A stretch of 64,000 nt of DNA from Candidatus Poribacteria bacterium (lineage in GTDB: Bacteria; Poribacteria; WGA-4E; JAJDTR01). The DNA is taken from NCBI GenBank assembly GCA_965222225.1, contig CBDCTK010000002.1, positions 704,001 through 768,000 on the forward strand. The letters are read 5' to 3'. Of this stretch, positions 40,420 through 50,128 are shown in pieces (position 1 is the first letter of the stretch; each line of letters opens with the position of its first letter). Under the pieces are notes generated by a model, which made no database searches, was not told the DNA's origin, and saw nothing but the letters and a program-made list of their open reading frames with translations. The position numbers and the translations under genes are program-made.

Positions 40420-41184
40420 ATGAGTGATACACTGGTCTCGGTTGATGACTTAACCGCACTACAGATTGCCTCAATCTGCGATCATTCTATCTTAGAAACT
40501 TACACATCGTTTCTGGGCCAAGGTGAAGATCCAAGACAATTGAGGGAGGAGAATCTCTTCGATTTCTTGGAAGCGGCGATACAGAGCGAGCGTGCGCCGT
40601 ATGCAATCTGCGTGCTTCCGGAATGCGTTCCAAAACTCGTTGAATTCCTTGATGAGCATGACCGAAATGAAATCAAAGTGGTTTCGGCGATATATTTTCC
40701 CTACGGTTCTGTTGCTACGGGGCTTAAAGTGAGTCAAACGAAGGCGGTCACCGCTTGCGGGGCGGCAGAGATTGATGTCGTTCTTAACTACGAGGCATTT
40801 ACGGCTGGAGATATTGACACGGCGCGAGATGACGCGAAGGCAGTGGCTGATGCGGCGCATGAGAATGAAGCGCTGGCAAAATTAATCATTGAGACGTGCC
40901 TTCTCACCCACGATCAGATTAAGGCTGCCTGCGAATTAGCGGAGGAAACTGGTGCCGATTTTGTGAAGACATCTACCGGAGCCTGGTCTTATGGCGCGAC
41001 AGCCACCGATATGGTCCTCATCAGGGAGTATTTCTCAGGTGGCGTCAAGATATCCGGCGCTGGGGTAGGACCTAGGAATATTCGAGATTTATTGCGAGCG
41101 TCATCGGGCAGGGAGGACGGCTACATCGATCTGGATCCGGCTAGGATCAGAATTGGCGAAGGTGGGTTGATATATAGTTTGTGA
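40420..41184 (+). CDS. deoC: Deoxyribose-phosphate aldolase-like (DeoC family), divergent
   Basis: FPYG, GAAEIDVV, KLIIET, ADFVKTSTG, VKISG, RIG. Confidence 0.82.
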   Translation: MSDTLVSVDDLTALQIASICDHSILETYTSFLGQGEDPRQLREENLFDFLEAAIQSERAPYAICVLPECVPKLVEFLDEHDRNEIKVVSAIYFPYGSVATGLKVSQTKAVTACGAAEIDVVLNYEAFTAGDIDTARDDAKAVADAAHENEALAKLIIETCLLTHDQIKAACELAEETGADFVKTSTGAWSYGATATDMVLIREYFSGGVKISGAGVGPRNIRDLLRASSGREDGYIDLDPARIRIGEGGLIYSL

Positions 41185-41238
41185 TTACTTCAGCAACCAC
41201 CGCTTCAAACTCAAATCTTGGTACAAGGGTGTCGTATA

Positions 41239-42003
41239 ATGGGTGGAAAATTCGATGGTAAAGTTGCATTGGTAACTGGGGGCGGTTCAGGGCTTGGTCG
41301 GTCAAGCGCGTTGGCTTTTGCAACGGAGGGAGCCAGAGTGGTTGTCTCCGATGTCAACGTGGAAATCGGTGAAGAGACTGTGCGCATGATTCAAGATGCG
41401 AATGGGGAAAGCATTCTTCTCCAAGCCGATATGTTGGAGTCAGACGAGATAGAGGAGATGATGGGCAAAGCCGTCAATGCCTACGGACGGCTTGATTACG
41501 CCTTTAACAGCGCCGGTGTCGGTCAAGCAGCATCTGCCCGAATTGACGAGCATTCTATTGAAGATTGGGATCGAGTCGTGAACATCAATCTCAGGAGCGT
41601 ATTTCTGTGTATGAAATATGAACTGCGTCAGATGCTCAAGCAGGGCGGTGGCGTAATTGTCAATGTGGCTTCGATTTACGGGTTGGTCGCCCATGGAGGC
41701 GGCGGATCGTCTTACACGGCGAGTAAACACGCCGTCGTCGGCTTGACGAAATCCGCCGCTCTAGAATATGCGAAAGAGAGAATCCGGGTCAATGCCGTGT
41801 GCCCCGGCTATACTCGTACACCGCTCATCCAAGGTTTGCTTGACGATCCGGAGAGGGCAGCGGAAGTGGCATCGTGGCACCCCATGGGACGTTTCGGATT
41901 GCCAGAGGAGATTTCCGAGGTTGTGGTGTGGTTGTGCTCGGACGCCGCTTCGTTTATTACGGGGCACGCCATGGCAGTGGATGGCGGGTTTGTCGCCCAA
42001 TAG
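41239..42003 (+). CDS. SDR family oxidoreductase
   Basis: TGGGSGLG, FNSAG, YTASK. Confidence 0.92.
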   Translation: MGGKFDGKVALVTGGGSGLGRSSALAFATEGARVVVSDVNVEIGEETVRMIQDANGESILLQADMLESDEIEEMMGKAVNAYGRLDYAFNSAGVGQAASARIDEHSIEDWDRVVNINLRSVFLCMKYELRQMLKQGGGVIVNVASIYGLVAHGGGGSSYTASKHAVVGLTKSAALEYAKERIRVNAVCPGYTRTPLIQGLLDDPERAAEVASWHPMGRFGLPEEISEVVVWLCSDAASFITGHAMAVDGGFVAQ

Positions 42004-42075
42004 TCATTTATCCACTTTGCCAAGTGATTTCGCATGATTGTTTTGCGTCAACTCGTCTAGAAAGGAAACAGCCAT

Positions 42076-43365
42076 ATGAAGAAGCCCAATATCCTCCTGC
42101 TGATGCCGGACCAACAGCGTTGGGACAGCCTTGGATGTAACGGCAACACCTTTGTTTCAACGCCCCATATTGATCGGTTAGCAGCAGAAGGGGTACGCTG
42201 CAAGAATAGCTTTACCCCTTGGCCTGTTTGTACACCCGCGAGAGCGACGATGTGGACCGGCGTCTACCCGCATCAACATAAGGTGAAGTTCAATACTTAT
42301 CGGATGAGCAACCTGTTTGAGGATGTTTCTTACGAACGGCGCACGGTATTTGACGCCCTGAAGAAGGCTGACTACACAACCGCCTATTTTGGCAAGTGGC
42401 ATCTGGGAGATGGCGTACCGCCGATGTTTGATGTATGGGAAGGATTCAACTCGCTTGGGGGTCATTGGGTTGATGGACGAAAGGATGGCGTCTATAAACC
42501 CGATTTGCAGACTAATCAACTCATCAAATTCTTAGAACAGCAAGCAGATACCGACAAACCGTTCATCGCGGTTAATGGCTTCTATCCGCCACATGACCCC
42601 TATACGGCACCGAAGCGGTTCTATAAGCCTTACCGCGGTAAAGGTGTTCCATTTGCCGGGTACTATGCAGCGGTAAGCGCGCTTGATTACAACGTTGGGC
42701 GGACAATGGAAACATTGGACAGACTGGGTCTGCGAGACGACACCATAGTGGTTTATTTCTCCGACCACGGTGATACTTTCCGATACCGCGAAGGTTGGAT
42801 GTACAAGTTCGTCTGCCATGAAGACGCTATCAAGGTGCCGTTTATTGTGAACTGTCCGGCGAGAATACCGGGCGGAACGACACTTGATTCCATGATAGGA
42901 TTGCAGGACTTGATGCCTACCATTCTGGATTGGGCAGGATTAGATTTACCCGACCACCTGCACGGTCAGAGTTTAGTCCCGCTGCTCGCGGGGGAATCCA
43001 TTCCGTGGCGTGAGGCATACTATGTGGAAAATATCATGTTCCAAAACAATGTGGAGCAGCGGTGCATCCGCACGAAGGAGTGGAAGTTGATACTCAGCGA
43101 TAGGCCCCGAACGGTTAGAAGCTATTCTTCTCCAAACCATTTGTTCGACTTAGTGAATGATCCGGAGGAGGGGTTGGATCTGTTCGACGCCCCGTACGAA
43201 GACGATCACAATCAGTATGCGCATTATCCGCCCTTTACGGACGTGATTGTCGAACTTGCGCAGTTGCTGAGGCGATACGCAGAGGAGATTGGGGATACGT
43301 TTGGGTGTGACGTGGCTGACAATTGTCTGGTTGAGATGAAGCACCGAGAATTACGCAATTCGTGA
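42076..43365 (+). CDS. Formylglycine-dependent sulfatase
   Basis: KPNILLL..DQQR, CTPARATMWTG, GKWHL, PPHDP, SDHG. Confidence 0.95.
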   Translation: MKKPNILLLMPDQQRWDSLGCNGNTFVSTPHIDRLAAEGVRCKNSFTPWPVCTPARATMWTGVYPHQHKVKFNTYRMSNLFEDVSYERRTVFDALKKADYTTAYFGKWHLGDGVPPMFDVWEGFNSLGGHWVDGRKDGVYKPDLQTNQLIKFLEQQADTDKPFIAVNGFYPPHDPYTAPKRFYKPYRGKGVPFAGYYAAVSALDYNVGRTMETLDRLGLRDDTIVVYFSDHGDTFRYREGWMYKFVCHEDAIKVPFIVNCPARIPGGTTLDSMIGLQDLMPTILDWAGLDLPDHLHGQSLVPLLAGESIPWREAYYVENIMFQNNVEQRCIRTKEWKLILSDRPRTVRSYSSPNHLFDLVNDPEEGLDLFDAPYEDDHNQYAHYPPFTDVIVELAQLLRRYAEEIGDTFGCDVADNCLVEMKHRELRNS

Positions 43366-43380
43366 GCAAGCCCACTTTTG

Positions 43381-43545
43381 GAGCCTTTAGAAAATAGGTG
43401 ACCAAACAATGCATGATTCCTCCAGGAGGTCTTTTTCATGTTTTCGTTGTCACCTACATATACGCTGAGCACTTCTATGGGCACCTAATCGCGCTGTCGA
43501 GTTTTCAAAGGCTGGTGGGCAGTGCCCACCCTACAAATGTACTTA
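43381..43545. mobile_element. Degenerate MITE copy D containing an empty REP (no 40-bp module)
   Basis: Shares ttttcatgttttc..tacata..aggctggtg..ccctacaaa.gtactt with copies B and C. Confidence 0.6.
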
Positions 43546-43577
43546 ATGTGATTTCTCGGATTCGTAGGAGTAACCGA

Positions 43578-44612
43578 ATGGCAGCAGTTTTTCGAGTTGA
43601 GGCAGATAGGCTCAGAACATATACCACGCGTTTATGCGAGGCGGTCGGCACACCGAGCGATATTGCGGAAGCCGAAGCGGAGATTCTTGTCAACGCCGAC
43701 CTGAGAGGCCATACCTCGCACGGAGTTTACCATCTTCCGAACTACCTTAGAGCTGTGGAAGACAAATCCCTCATTCCTGACGCCGTCCCCGAGATTGTGA
43801 ATGAAACGCCGTCTACCGCGCTCGTGGATGCACAAAGCGGCTGGGGACACTATTCCGCGCAGTGGGCGATGCAACTCGCCATAGACAAGGCAGAAGAAAC
43901 GGGAGTTGGCGCAATTAGTTTGGCAAGCGCGAACCATATTGGCAGGTTAGGTGAATATTCTGAACAAGCCGCCGTCGCGGGGTTTATCAGCTTCGTGACG
44001 TTTGGCGTTGGCGGACGAAACGTGGGTGTTGCGACGCCGTTTGGCGGCGCCGAAGCGACGCTTAGCAGCAATCCCATCGCCTTCGGCGTACCTGCTGCGG
44101 ATGGCAGACACCTCATCTCGGATTTTGCGACAACAATGCTTGCCAATGCGAAGATAAACGTCTATCGGATGAAGGGCATGGAACTCCCGCCGGGGTGTAT
44201 TGTGGATAAAGACGGAAGACCGAGCACCGATCCGAATGATTTCAACGCTGGCGGCAAGAGCTTGGTTTTTGGCGGCTACAAAGGCTATGCGTTTTCTCTA
44301 TTGACATGTCTACTGGCTGGGCTGAACGGCGGTTTCGAGGCGGATAGGTCGGAGATGTTGGGCAGCTTCTTTCTGGCACTCAAGGTCAAGGCTTTCATGC
44401 CCTCCGATGCTTACGGGCAGAATGCGGCGAGTTTTCTTGATGCGATGCGAGATGTCACCCCTGCGCCGGGATTTTCCGAGGTGCTTGTGGCTGGCGACAT
44501 GGAGCGGCGCAAGACTGAAGAACAGTTGGCTGAAGGGATTGAGCTTCCAGACGAGGTGATGAACAATCTCCGAGCCTGTGGAGAGAAATACGGCATTCAC
44601 GAGAACCTGTAA
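43578..44612 (+). CDS. Ldh_2 family (malate/L-sulfolactate dehydrogenase-like) oxidoreductase
   Basis: ADLRGHTSHG, NHIGRLGEY, NPIAFG, DFATT, GGYKGY; RBS aggag before ATG 43578. Confidence 0.92.
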   Translation: MAAVFRVEADRLRTYTTRLCEAVGTPSDIAEAEAEILVNADLRGHTSHGVYHLPNYLRAVEDKSLIPDAVPEIVNETPSTALVDAQSGWGHYSAQWAMQLAIDKAEETGVGAISLASANHIGRLGEYSEQAAVAGFISFVTFGVGGRNVGVATPFGGAEATLSSNPIAFGVPAADGRHLISDFATTMLANAKINVYRMKGMELPPGCIVDKDGRPSTDPNDFNAGGKSLVFGGYKGYAFSLLTCLLAGLNGGFEADRSEMLGSFFLALKVKAFMPSDAYGQNAASFLDAMRDVTPAPGFSEVLVAGDMERRKTEEQLAEGIELPDEVMNNLRACGEKYGIHENL

Positions 44613-44663
44613 ACAAGACTGGGACCAATACCGCTTGCTATAAATTATCATGCGGTTAGTTAG

Positions 44664-45008
44664 GTGAGAAAGAAAGTGAAGGACGAACCGAAAAAGCCCA
44701 TACTCGACGACTTCCTGTCTCAGTATGAGAATGTACGCATAGGTCAAATGTTTGGCTATCCCGCGTATTATATGGGTCGGTCTATGTTTGCTTGTTTATA
44801 TGAGGGGAAGGTAGGATTGAAGGTTCCGGAAGCAACGGCAGACGAGGCAAGGGCTAGGGAAGGAATTTCGGATTTTCAGCCTTACGGAAAACCGAAAATG
44901 CGGGAATGGATTCAGATTGATTTCGATTCGGACGAGGAGTTACGCCAGTACAGCGACCTAAGAGACGCCGCTCTAAGGTATGCTGAAACGAGAAAAAGAG
45001 AGAAGTGA
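44664..45008 (+). CDS. TfoX N-terminal-like domain protein
   Basis: QMFGYPAYY, MFAC, FQPYG.PKMREW. Confidence 0.75.
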   Translation: MRKKVKDEPKKPILDDFLSQYENVRIGQMFGYPAYYMGRSMFACLYEGKVGLKVPEATADEARAREGISDFQPYGKPKMREWIQIDFDSDEELRQYSDLRDAALRYAETRKREK

Positions 45009-45018
45009 AGGACTTCCC

Positions 45019-45399
45019 ATGAAAGGATTTTGGTTGGCGGTTGTTGCCTCGGGTATGTGGATGAACCTTTCCGAGTTTATCCGCAACGAATTCGTAATTA
45101 AGCATGTGTGGGTCAAAGGATTTGAGGAAATAGGTTTGTCCTTTCCGTCGGCGCCGGTTAACGGTTTGGTTTGGGTAATATGGACGTTCATCTTCTGCGC
45201 CGTTCTAACCGCACTGAATATGAGATTCAATGCGCTAAGAAGCACAATAATTTGCTGGGTCACTGGTTTCGGGCTACTTTGGATCGCCATGTGGAACATC
45301 GGGATCTTGCCGAAGGGGCTCTTGTATTGGGCAGTGCCTTGGAGTTTCGTTGAGGTTTACGTGGCGGCATTTATTTGTAGGCGAATTGTGGCAAACTAG
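45019..45399 (+). CDS. Small 4-TM membrane protein
   Basis: Hydrophobic helices; ATG at 45019 follows gaagga. Confidence 0.7.
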   Translation: MKGFWLAVVASGMWMNLSEFIRNEFVIKHVWVKGFEEIGLSFPSAPVNGLVWVIWTFIFCAVLTALNMRFNALRSTIICWVTGFGLLWIAMWNIGILPKGLLYWAVPWSFVEVYVAAFICRRIVAN

Positions 45400-45461
45400 A
45401 ATTACTAACCTTTGCTTCAAGTCGCGTCACGTAACGTAACTCGATGGATTTCGCACGTAGT

Positions 45462-46544
45462 CTAGTCTTCCTCTTGTTCTTCTGGATATGGTAAGGGCGA
45501 GGCAGCTGACCATCCTTCTCGTTCGGGTACATTGTGCCCTGTACGTAGACTGCTTCCTTGATTGGAAAGCACCGTCCCTCCTCGGTGAATGCAAGCACGA
45601 ATTACCGCCTTGCGAGGATGATCTTCATCGTCTTTAGACGCGCTTATAATTGCCTTGAACTCATTGGGTAACTCCTCAGGTTTCTCCGAAAGCCTTTCGC
45701 CTAACAAACAATCTAAAATTTCCGTAGATACATTCCGTCGAGAGCCGTGATGTGGAACCTGAAATGTGTTGATGCCTGGTAACTCTAGGCCGACCGATGG
45801 TGCATAATCGGTCGCTTCTGTAAGGGCCCCGCGCCCCGCATCGGCGGTCAACAGTATACGTTTGTCGCACAAATTGGCATATTGCACAACGCTCATGTCA
45901 TTTTCCGGGCTAGTTTCCTCAGACGAGAACGTTTCTTCTCCCCAAGCCGCCCTTACGAAAGAGATTTCTTTTTCAGCAAATCTGCGTGCCTTCTCCTGCC
46001 AGGATTCATCTTTTTCTTGAGCCGCTTCTGGTGTCTTGTCTGATTCAACCACGAGGTCAAGATATCTGGACTTAGTGGGGGCGAGAACAATGAAATCACC
46101 GATATTTTCCCCTTGAAACGGTGCAAGAATGGGTATCTCCTTTTCTTCTGCGATTTCTTCTAATGTCGCGATAGTGGGATAGATTTCTTTTAAGCGACTA
46201 GCTAGATTTTCTACGTTGGTAAATCGCTTGAATCTATCAATCAATTCCTCTGCATATAGCCATGGACGTAACATCCAGAGTTCGGTGACATCATACGTTT
46301 CGAGAACTTTGCAGAGGCCACCCGCATGATCTTGATCGGAATGACTGACTATCACGGCATCAATTGTAGAAGGATTGTCATAATACTTGCCAACGTGCTC
46401 AATAATCTTGTCCCCAGTATCTTGGAAGCCACCATCGGTGATGTGTATTCGGGTAACATCATCAATGCAATACCGAATCGGTATGGCATCTCCGCTCTTT
46501 TTCGATTCCACGTCAAGAAAATCAATTTCGAAGTAATCTGACAT
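45462..46544 (-). CDS. MBL-fold metallo-hydrolase (ComEC/Avs1a-like putative nuclease)
   Basis: GDAI, TDGG, SHSDQDHAGG, ENDMS, LLTADAG, QVPHHGS, HP motifs; no TM competence domain. Confidence 0.9.
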   Translation of the reverse strand: MSDYFEIDFLDVESKKSGDAIPIRYCIDDVTRIHITDGGFQDTGDKIIEHVGKYYDNPSTIDAVIVSHSDQDHAGGLCKVLETYDVTELWMLRPWLYAEELIDRFKRFTNVENLASRLKEIYPTIATLEEIAEEKEIPILAPFQGENIGDFIVLAPTKSRYLDLVVESDKTPEAAQEKDESWQEKARRFAEKEISFVRAAWGEETFSSEETSPENDMSVVQYANLCDKRILLTADAGRGALTEATDYAPSVGLELPGINTFQVPHHGSRRNVSTEILDCLLGERLSEKPEELPNEFKAIISASKDDEDHPRKAVIRACIHRGGTVLSNQGSSLRTGHNVPEREGWSAASPLPYPEEQEED

Positions 46545-46553
46545 GGCCTATTC

Positions 46554-47042
46554 CTATTTCAATGCGATTTTTATACGTTGAACGATGTAGTTGGTTTGTT
46601 TCTTGTAGGCAAACAGCAGGAGTATCAACATTCCTACCAAGAGGATGAAACCGCCCCTGTCATCACTCCATTGCAAGCCCTCCAGAATCTTCTCACAGAC
46701 TTTGAGAATAATGAGAATTATTGGTAGGAAACAGAGTGTGCGATACATATTATTCTGCTCGGAGAGAGTTTCAATCGTTGGATCGCACTTTGATGCCTCT
46801 ACATAATCCTCGTAATCCGCGAACCGAATAAATCGCGTCCATCTCAGAAAAGGTTCCAAAATTAACGAACCGATTCTGCTAACGATCAAGCCTATGAAAT
46901 AGTAAAGAAACAAGGCGATTAGCAGATCATCTTGTGTGAATGAGAATGATGTAAACGCTTTGGTTAACCCCACGAATACAGTGCCGGGCAAGAGATAGTT
47001 GAAGAGGTTATACGAAGACAATTTATCGATGATTTCCTTCAT
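46554..47042 (-). CDS. Small multi-TM membrane protein coupled to the MBL hydrolase
   Basis: SSYNLFNYLLPG, about 4 TM segments; 9 bp gap to the MBL start. Confidence 0.8.
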   Translation of the reverse strand: MKEIIDKLSSYNLFNYLLPGTVFVGLTKAFTSFSFTQDDLLIALFLYYFIGLIVSRIGSLILEPFLRWTRFIRFADYEDYVEASKCDPTIETLSEQNNMYRTLCFLPIILIILKVCEKILEGLQWSDDRGGFILLVGMLILLLFAYKKQTNYIVQRIKIALK

Positions 47043-47326
47043 TGAATTCACTCTTTCATAAAATCTGTCGAAATACTATTTTGTCTAATCTCCGTGCATT
47101 AGTAACATAACTTGCACTCAATGTCAACATTACTTCCGTTACGGGCTAGGATGTCGCATGGAACACCCTTCGGTCATATCACGGGGCGTTCGTATTCCTT
47201 GGATGATAGGCCGGTTTTTGTATCTTCGTATCCCGATAATCCTCAATCGTAGACTGCGCAGCTCCGACGATTAAATCATGTTGTCACTTATGTCCTGGTT
47301 CATGGTTTCCTATTTGATGATGAAGT

Positions 47327-49177
47327 TTAGTACGAATCACCATAAAACGCCCGATTTAGCGCCTTGTCTTCCTCGCTTACCTGAAAATCCTCATCATCTA
47401 TTTCCGAAAGATTCACGTACAACTGATTTTTGTCCAGTAGTTTCGCCAAGAGTTTCTTCTGTTTGTCTAGCCCGTTTTCTTCTTGACCGATGGCGACAAA
47501 ATCATCGACAGCATCTTCTGGAGTTTCCTTGTTCACATACCAATTTAGGAATGAGATTTCGGCGATATCGCGCCAGAGCGCCTCAAGTTCTTGGGTTGAT
47601 TGTGCGGCTCGAATCTTGTCCATATAGACTTCATTGTATTGCATAAGTTCACAGTAGGTGAAATCGCCGCCGCCCTGCCAGTTGACCGATTTGGAGATAC
47701 CGCCGGAATCGCAGTCAATTTCTTCAAGTAGGCTTCCTTTTGCCACAACTTTTTTCCCGATAACGTCCTTCAACCTTGGAATGAGTGCGTTTATCCCACC
47801 ATCCAATTGCTCAATACCTATGCATCTTCTATCTAACTTTAAGCCTACTGCTACAGTGGTTCCACTTCCGAGAAAGAAATCAAGTACCAAATCACCTGGT
47901 TCAGATGCTGCTTCAATAATCATCTGAAGCAATCCTTCAGGCTTGGCAGTATCGTAATTTGATTCCTTTGAGTTTTTCACTAATTCTATTCCCCAAACAT
48001 CTCCTATAGCCACGTATTTTGCGTTCGGCGCGGTGATAAGTTTTATGACTTTGTCTTTATCAAGATCTATCCGGTCAGACACGTATGTCTTCAATCCTGA
48101 TCCTGCCTCTAATTCCCATTCAGCGGGTGTCCTGCCCATTCGACCTCTTGTATAAAACCAGCCTTTAGAATCTTTCTCAATTCGACTGATAGTGGATTTT
48201 TTGTACGGTCCTAGTAGTGGATTCCAAAACCTTGATGGTTTATCTTTCGCGTAGACAAGAATATTCTGATACTCAGTTGGCATTGAGGAACTCCTTGAAT
48301 GCGATCTAGAGCTACCACCTTCTCGTCCTTTGTGCCAAATGATTTCATTTACAAAATTTGGTCTTCCAAATATTTCATCTAGTACAATTTTCATGTAGTG
48401 AGATTCATTATTGTCAATATGGACAAAAAGGTTGCCATCATTACTCAAAAGCTCGTATGCAACCGAGAGACGGCTCCGCATGAAAGTCAGCCATGCGGAA
48501 TGCGTGAAACTATCATTGTAGCTGAAGCTGTCTCGTTCTGTATTGAATGGCGGGTCAATGTAAATCAGTTTCACTAGTCCGCGAAGCCGCTGTTTGAGCG
48601 TATGCAATGCTAGCAGGTTGTTTCCCTTGATAATTAGATTTTCACGTATCGAACCGTTTTCATCATGTCTAATTTCTGGTGCCTCATGCTCTCCATCAAC
48701 CGTATAGCGCTTCCAGTTAGTGAGTACCTTCGGGTCAAACAGACAGTCAATCTCGTCCTGCGCCAGCACTTCATTGAAAAATAACTCACAGCGTTTTTCT
48801 TCTTCCTTGGTCTGTCCTCCTTCCAATATACAGTCTTTATAGGGCCAGACCAAAGACACTTCAGCACGCTCTCGCAGAGACTTGTCCTCAATGGACAGGC
48901 CAATTCGGTTGCGGAACCGAGTGTATGAATTGGCGAGGAAGTTCTTATCGCCGATGTAGTCTATGAAGGTGTTCGTGTTAAAAATCCAATGCCCTTTGAT
49001 ATCGTCAAAGAATTTGGACTTTAGATCTTCATCATCAATTAGTAGCTCTACAAGGGCGTGGTCGATTTTCCATGCCTGATCGATTACCGCGGCCTTGACT
49101 AATTCGTCTTGGTCATCGACAAATCGGCGATCGGTTTTCAGACGATTGATTAGCTTGTTCTCGAAGTTACTTGGCAT
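47327..49177 (-). CDS. mod: Type III restriction-modification methyltransferase (Mod)
   Basis: IKGNNL, IYIDPPFNT (motif IV), KPEGLL, LDFFLGSGTT (motif I), WQGGG. Confidence 0.93.
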   Translation of the reverse strand: MPSNFENKLINRLKTDRRFVDDQDELVKAAVIDQAWKIDHALVELLIDDEDLKSKFFDDIKGHWIFNTNTFIDYIGDKNFLANSYTRFRNRIGLSIEDKSLRERAEVSLVWPYKDCILEGGQTKEEEKRCELFFNEVLAQDEIDCLFDPKVLTNWKRYTVDGEHEAPEIRHDENGSIRENLIIKGNNLLALHTLKQRLRGLVKLIYIDPPFNTERDSFSYNDSFTHSAWLTFMRSRLSVAYELLSNDGNLFVHIDNNESHYMKIVLDEIFGRPNFVNEIIWHKGREGGSSRSHSRSSSMPTEYQNILVYAKDKPSRFWNPLLGPYKKSTISRIEKDSKGWFYTRGRMGRTPAEWELEAGSGLKTYVSDRIDLDKDKVIKLITAPNAKYVAIGDVWGIELVKNSKESNYDTAKPEGLLQMIIEAASEPGDLVLDFFLGSGTTVAVGLKLDRRCIGIEQLDGGINALIPRLKDVIGKKVVAKGSLLEEIDCDSGGISKSVNWQGGGDFTYCELMQYNEVYMDKIRAAQSTQELEALWRDIAEISFLNWYVNKETPEDAVDDFVAIGQEENGLDKQKKLLAKLLDKNQLYVNLSEIDDEDFQVSEEDKALNRAFYGDSY

Positions 49178-49258
49178 GTGGACATCCTTTTATCTTTCTG
49201 TTCTTTTGATGAATCGCAATGGCTATTAGATGAATGGCTTCATCGGAATAGTCATCTT

Positions 49259-50053
49259 TCAGGAGGTTGTATTTCTTCGCAGAAATTCGCTAACAGCGAA
49301 ATCAATCAGTTCACGTATATGTTCTTGCTTTACGACAATACCGAGCCCGAGGATTTGTTGCACTCCAACGGGCGGCATATTTGCTGGCAAGGTCTGAAGC
49401 TGTGAATGGCGTATCAATGTTTCAGAAACAACCCCGAGGAGTGAATATTCACCTTCCCATGCAACAAATACTGGGCTACCGCTTGAACCAGGAAATATCT
49501 GTGCATCAATAACAATTTGGCCCTTCCCATTAAAGTTGACGGTGGGCATTGATGCAATTGTACCGCTTCTGATCAGAGGCAAGTTATTAACAATGTCGTA
49601 ACGATTTTCCGGATATCCTACAAATATGACATTACTTGCCAAAGTGACGCTCTCATAATCAATTGGCTTTAAGAAAATGTCGCTTAAGGTCATATAAAAG
49701 GCATTCGTGCGTGTAATGCCAGAAACGTTAACACACGCCAGATCTACGTCTGGGTTAGGGTGAACAAAATACGCGTCTGCGAATCCAACTTGGTCGAATG
49801 TCACTATATTTCCAAATTCCGGTGTGCCATCTTGCTTTCTACAATTCAGACTAATAATCAACCTTCCCATGGGGTTGACAAATATATGTTTGTTCGATAT
49901 CAGCAATATCAATGCACGGTCTGTGCCTTCTTGCAGCGATGCGTGATAGAAAAATCCTGTTCCAATAGTTATAGTAGCATCAGGGTTTTGGATGGCAATT
50001 CTAGCAGTTATATAAGCTATTTCGTGTTCAAAACCTAGTTGTGACATTTGCAT
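49259..50053 (-). CDS. Stand-alone trypsin-like serine protease
   Basis: GTGFFY, ISNKH (His), VDLA (Asp), GYP, IFPGSSGSPV (Ser); no signal peptide. Confidence 0.9.
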   Translation of the reverse strand: MQMSQLGFEHEIAYITARIAIQNPDATITIGTGFFYHASLQEGTDRALILLISNKHIFVNPMGRLIISLNCRKQDGTPEFGNIVTFDQVGFADAYFVHPNPDVDLACVNVSGITRTNAFYMTLSDIFLKPIDYESVTLASNVIFVGYPENRYDIVNNLPLIRSGTIASMPTVNFNGKGQIVIDAQIFPGSSGSPVFVAWEGEYSLLGVVSETLIRHSQLQTLPANMPPVGVQQILGLGIVVKQEHIRELIDFAVSEFLRRNTTS

Positions 50054-50128
50054 TCCTCAGTATTCTCTTCAATGTGTGCGCATTTGGAGGGAAACCCCTA
50101 ATAGTGGAGGCGCGAAGTTTCTGTAGCT

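Noticed and set aside
43398-43577. 60-aa N-terminal extension on the Ldh_2 ORF
   Set aside because: It is read-through of MITE copy D; the RBS supports ATG 43578.
45462-46544. Calling the MBL protein the competence channel ComEC
   Set aside because: It lacks the transmembrane competence domain and lies in a restriction-island context.
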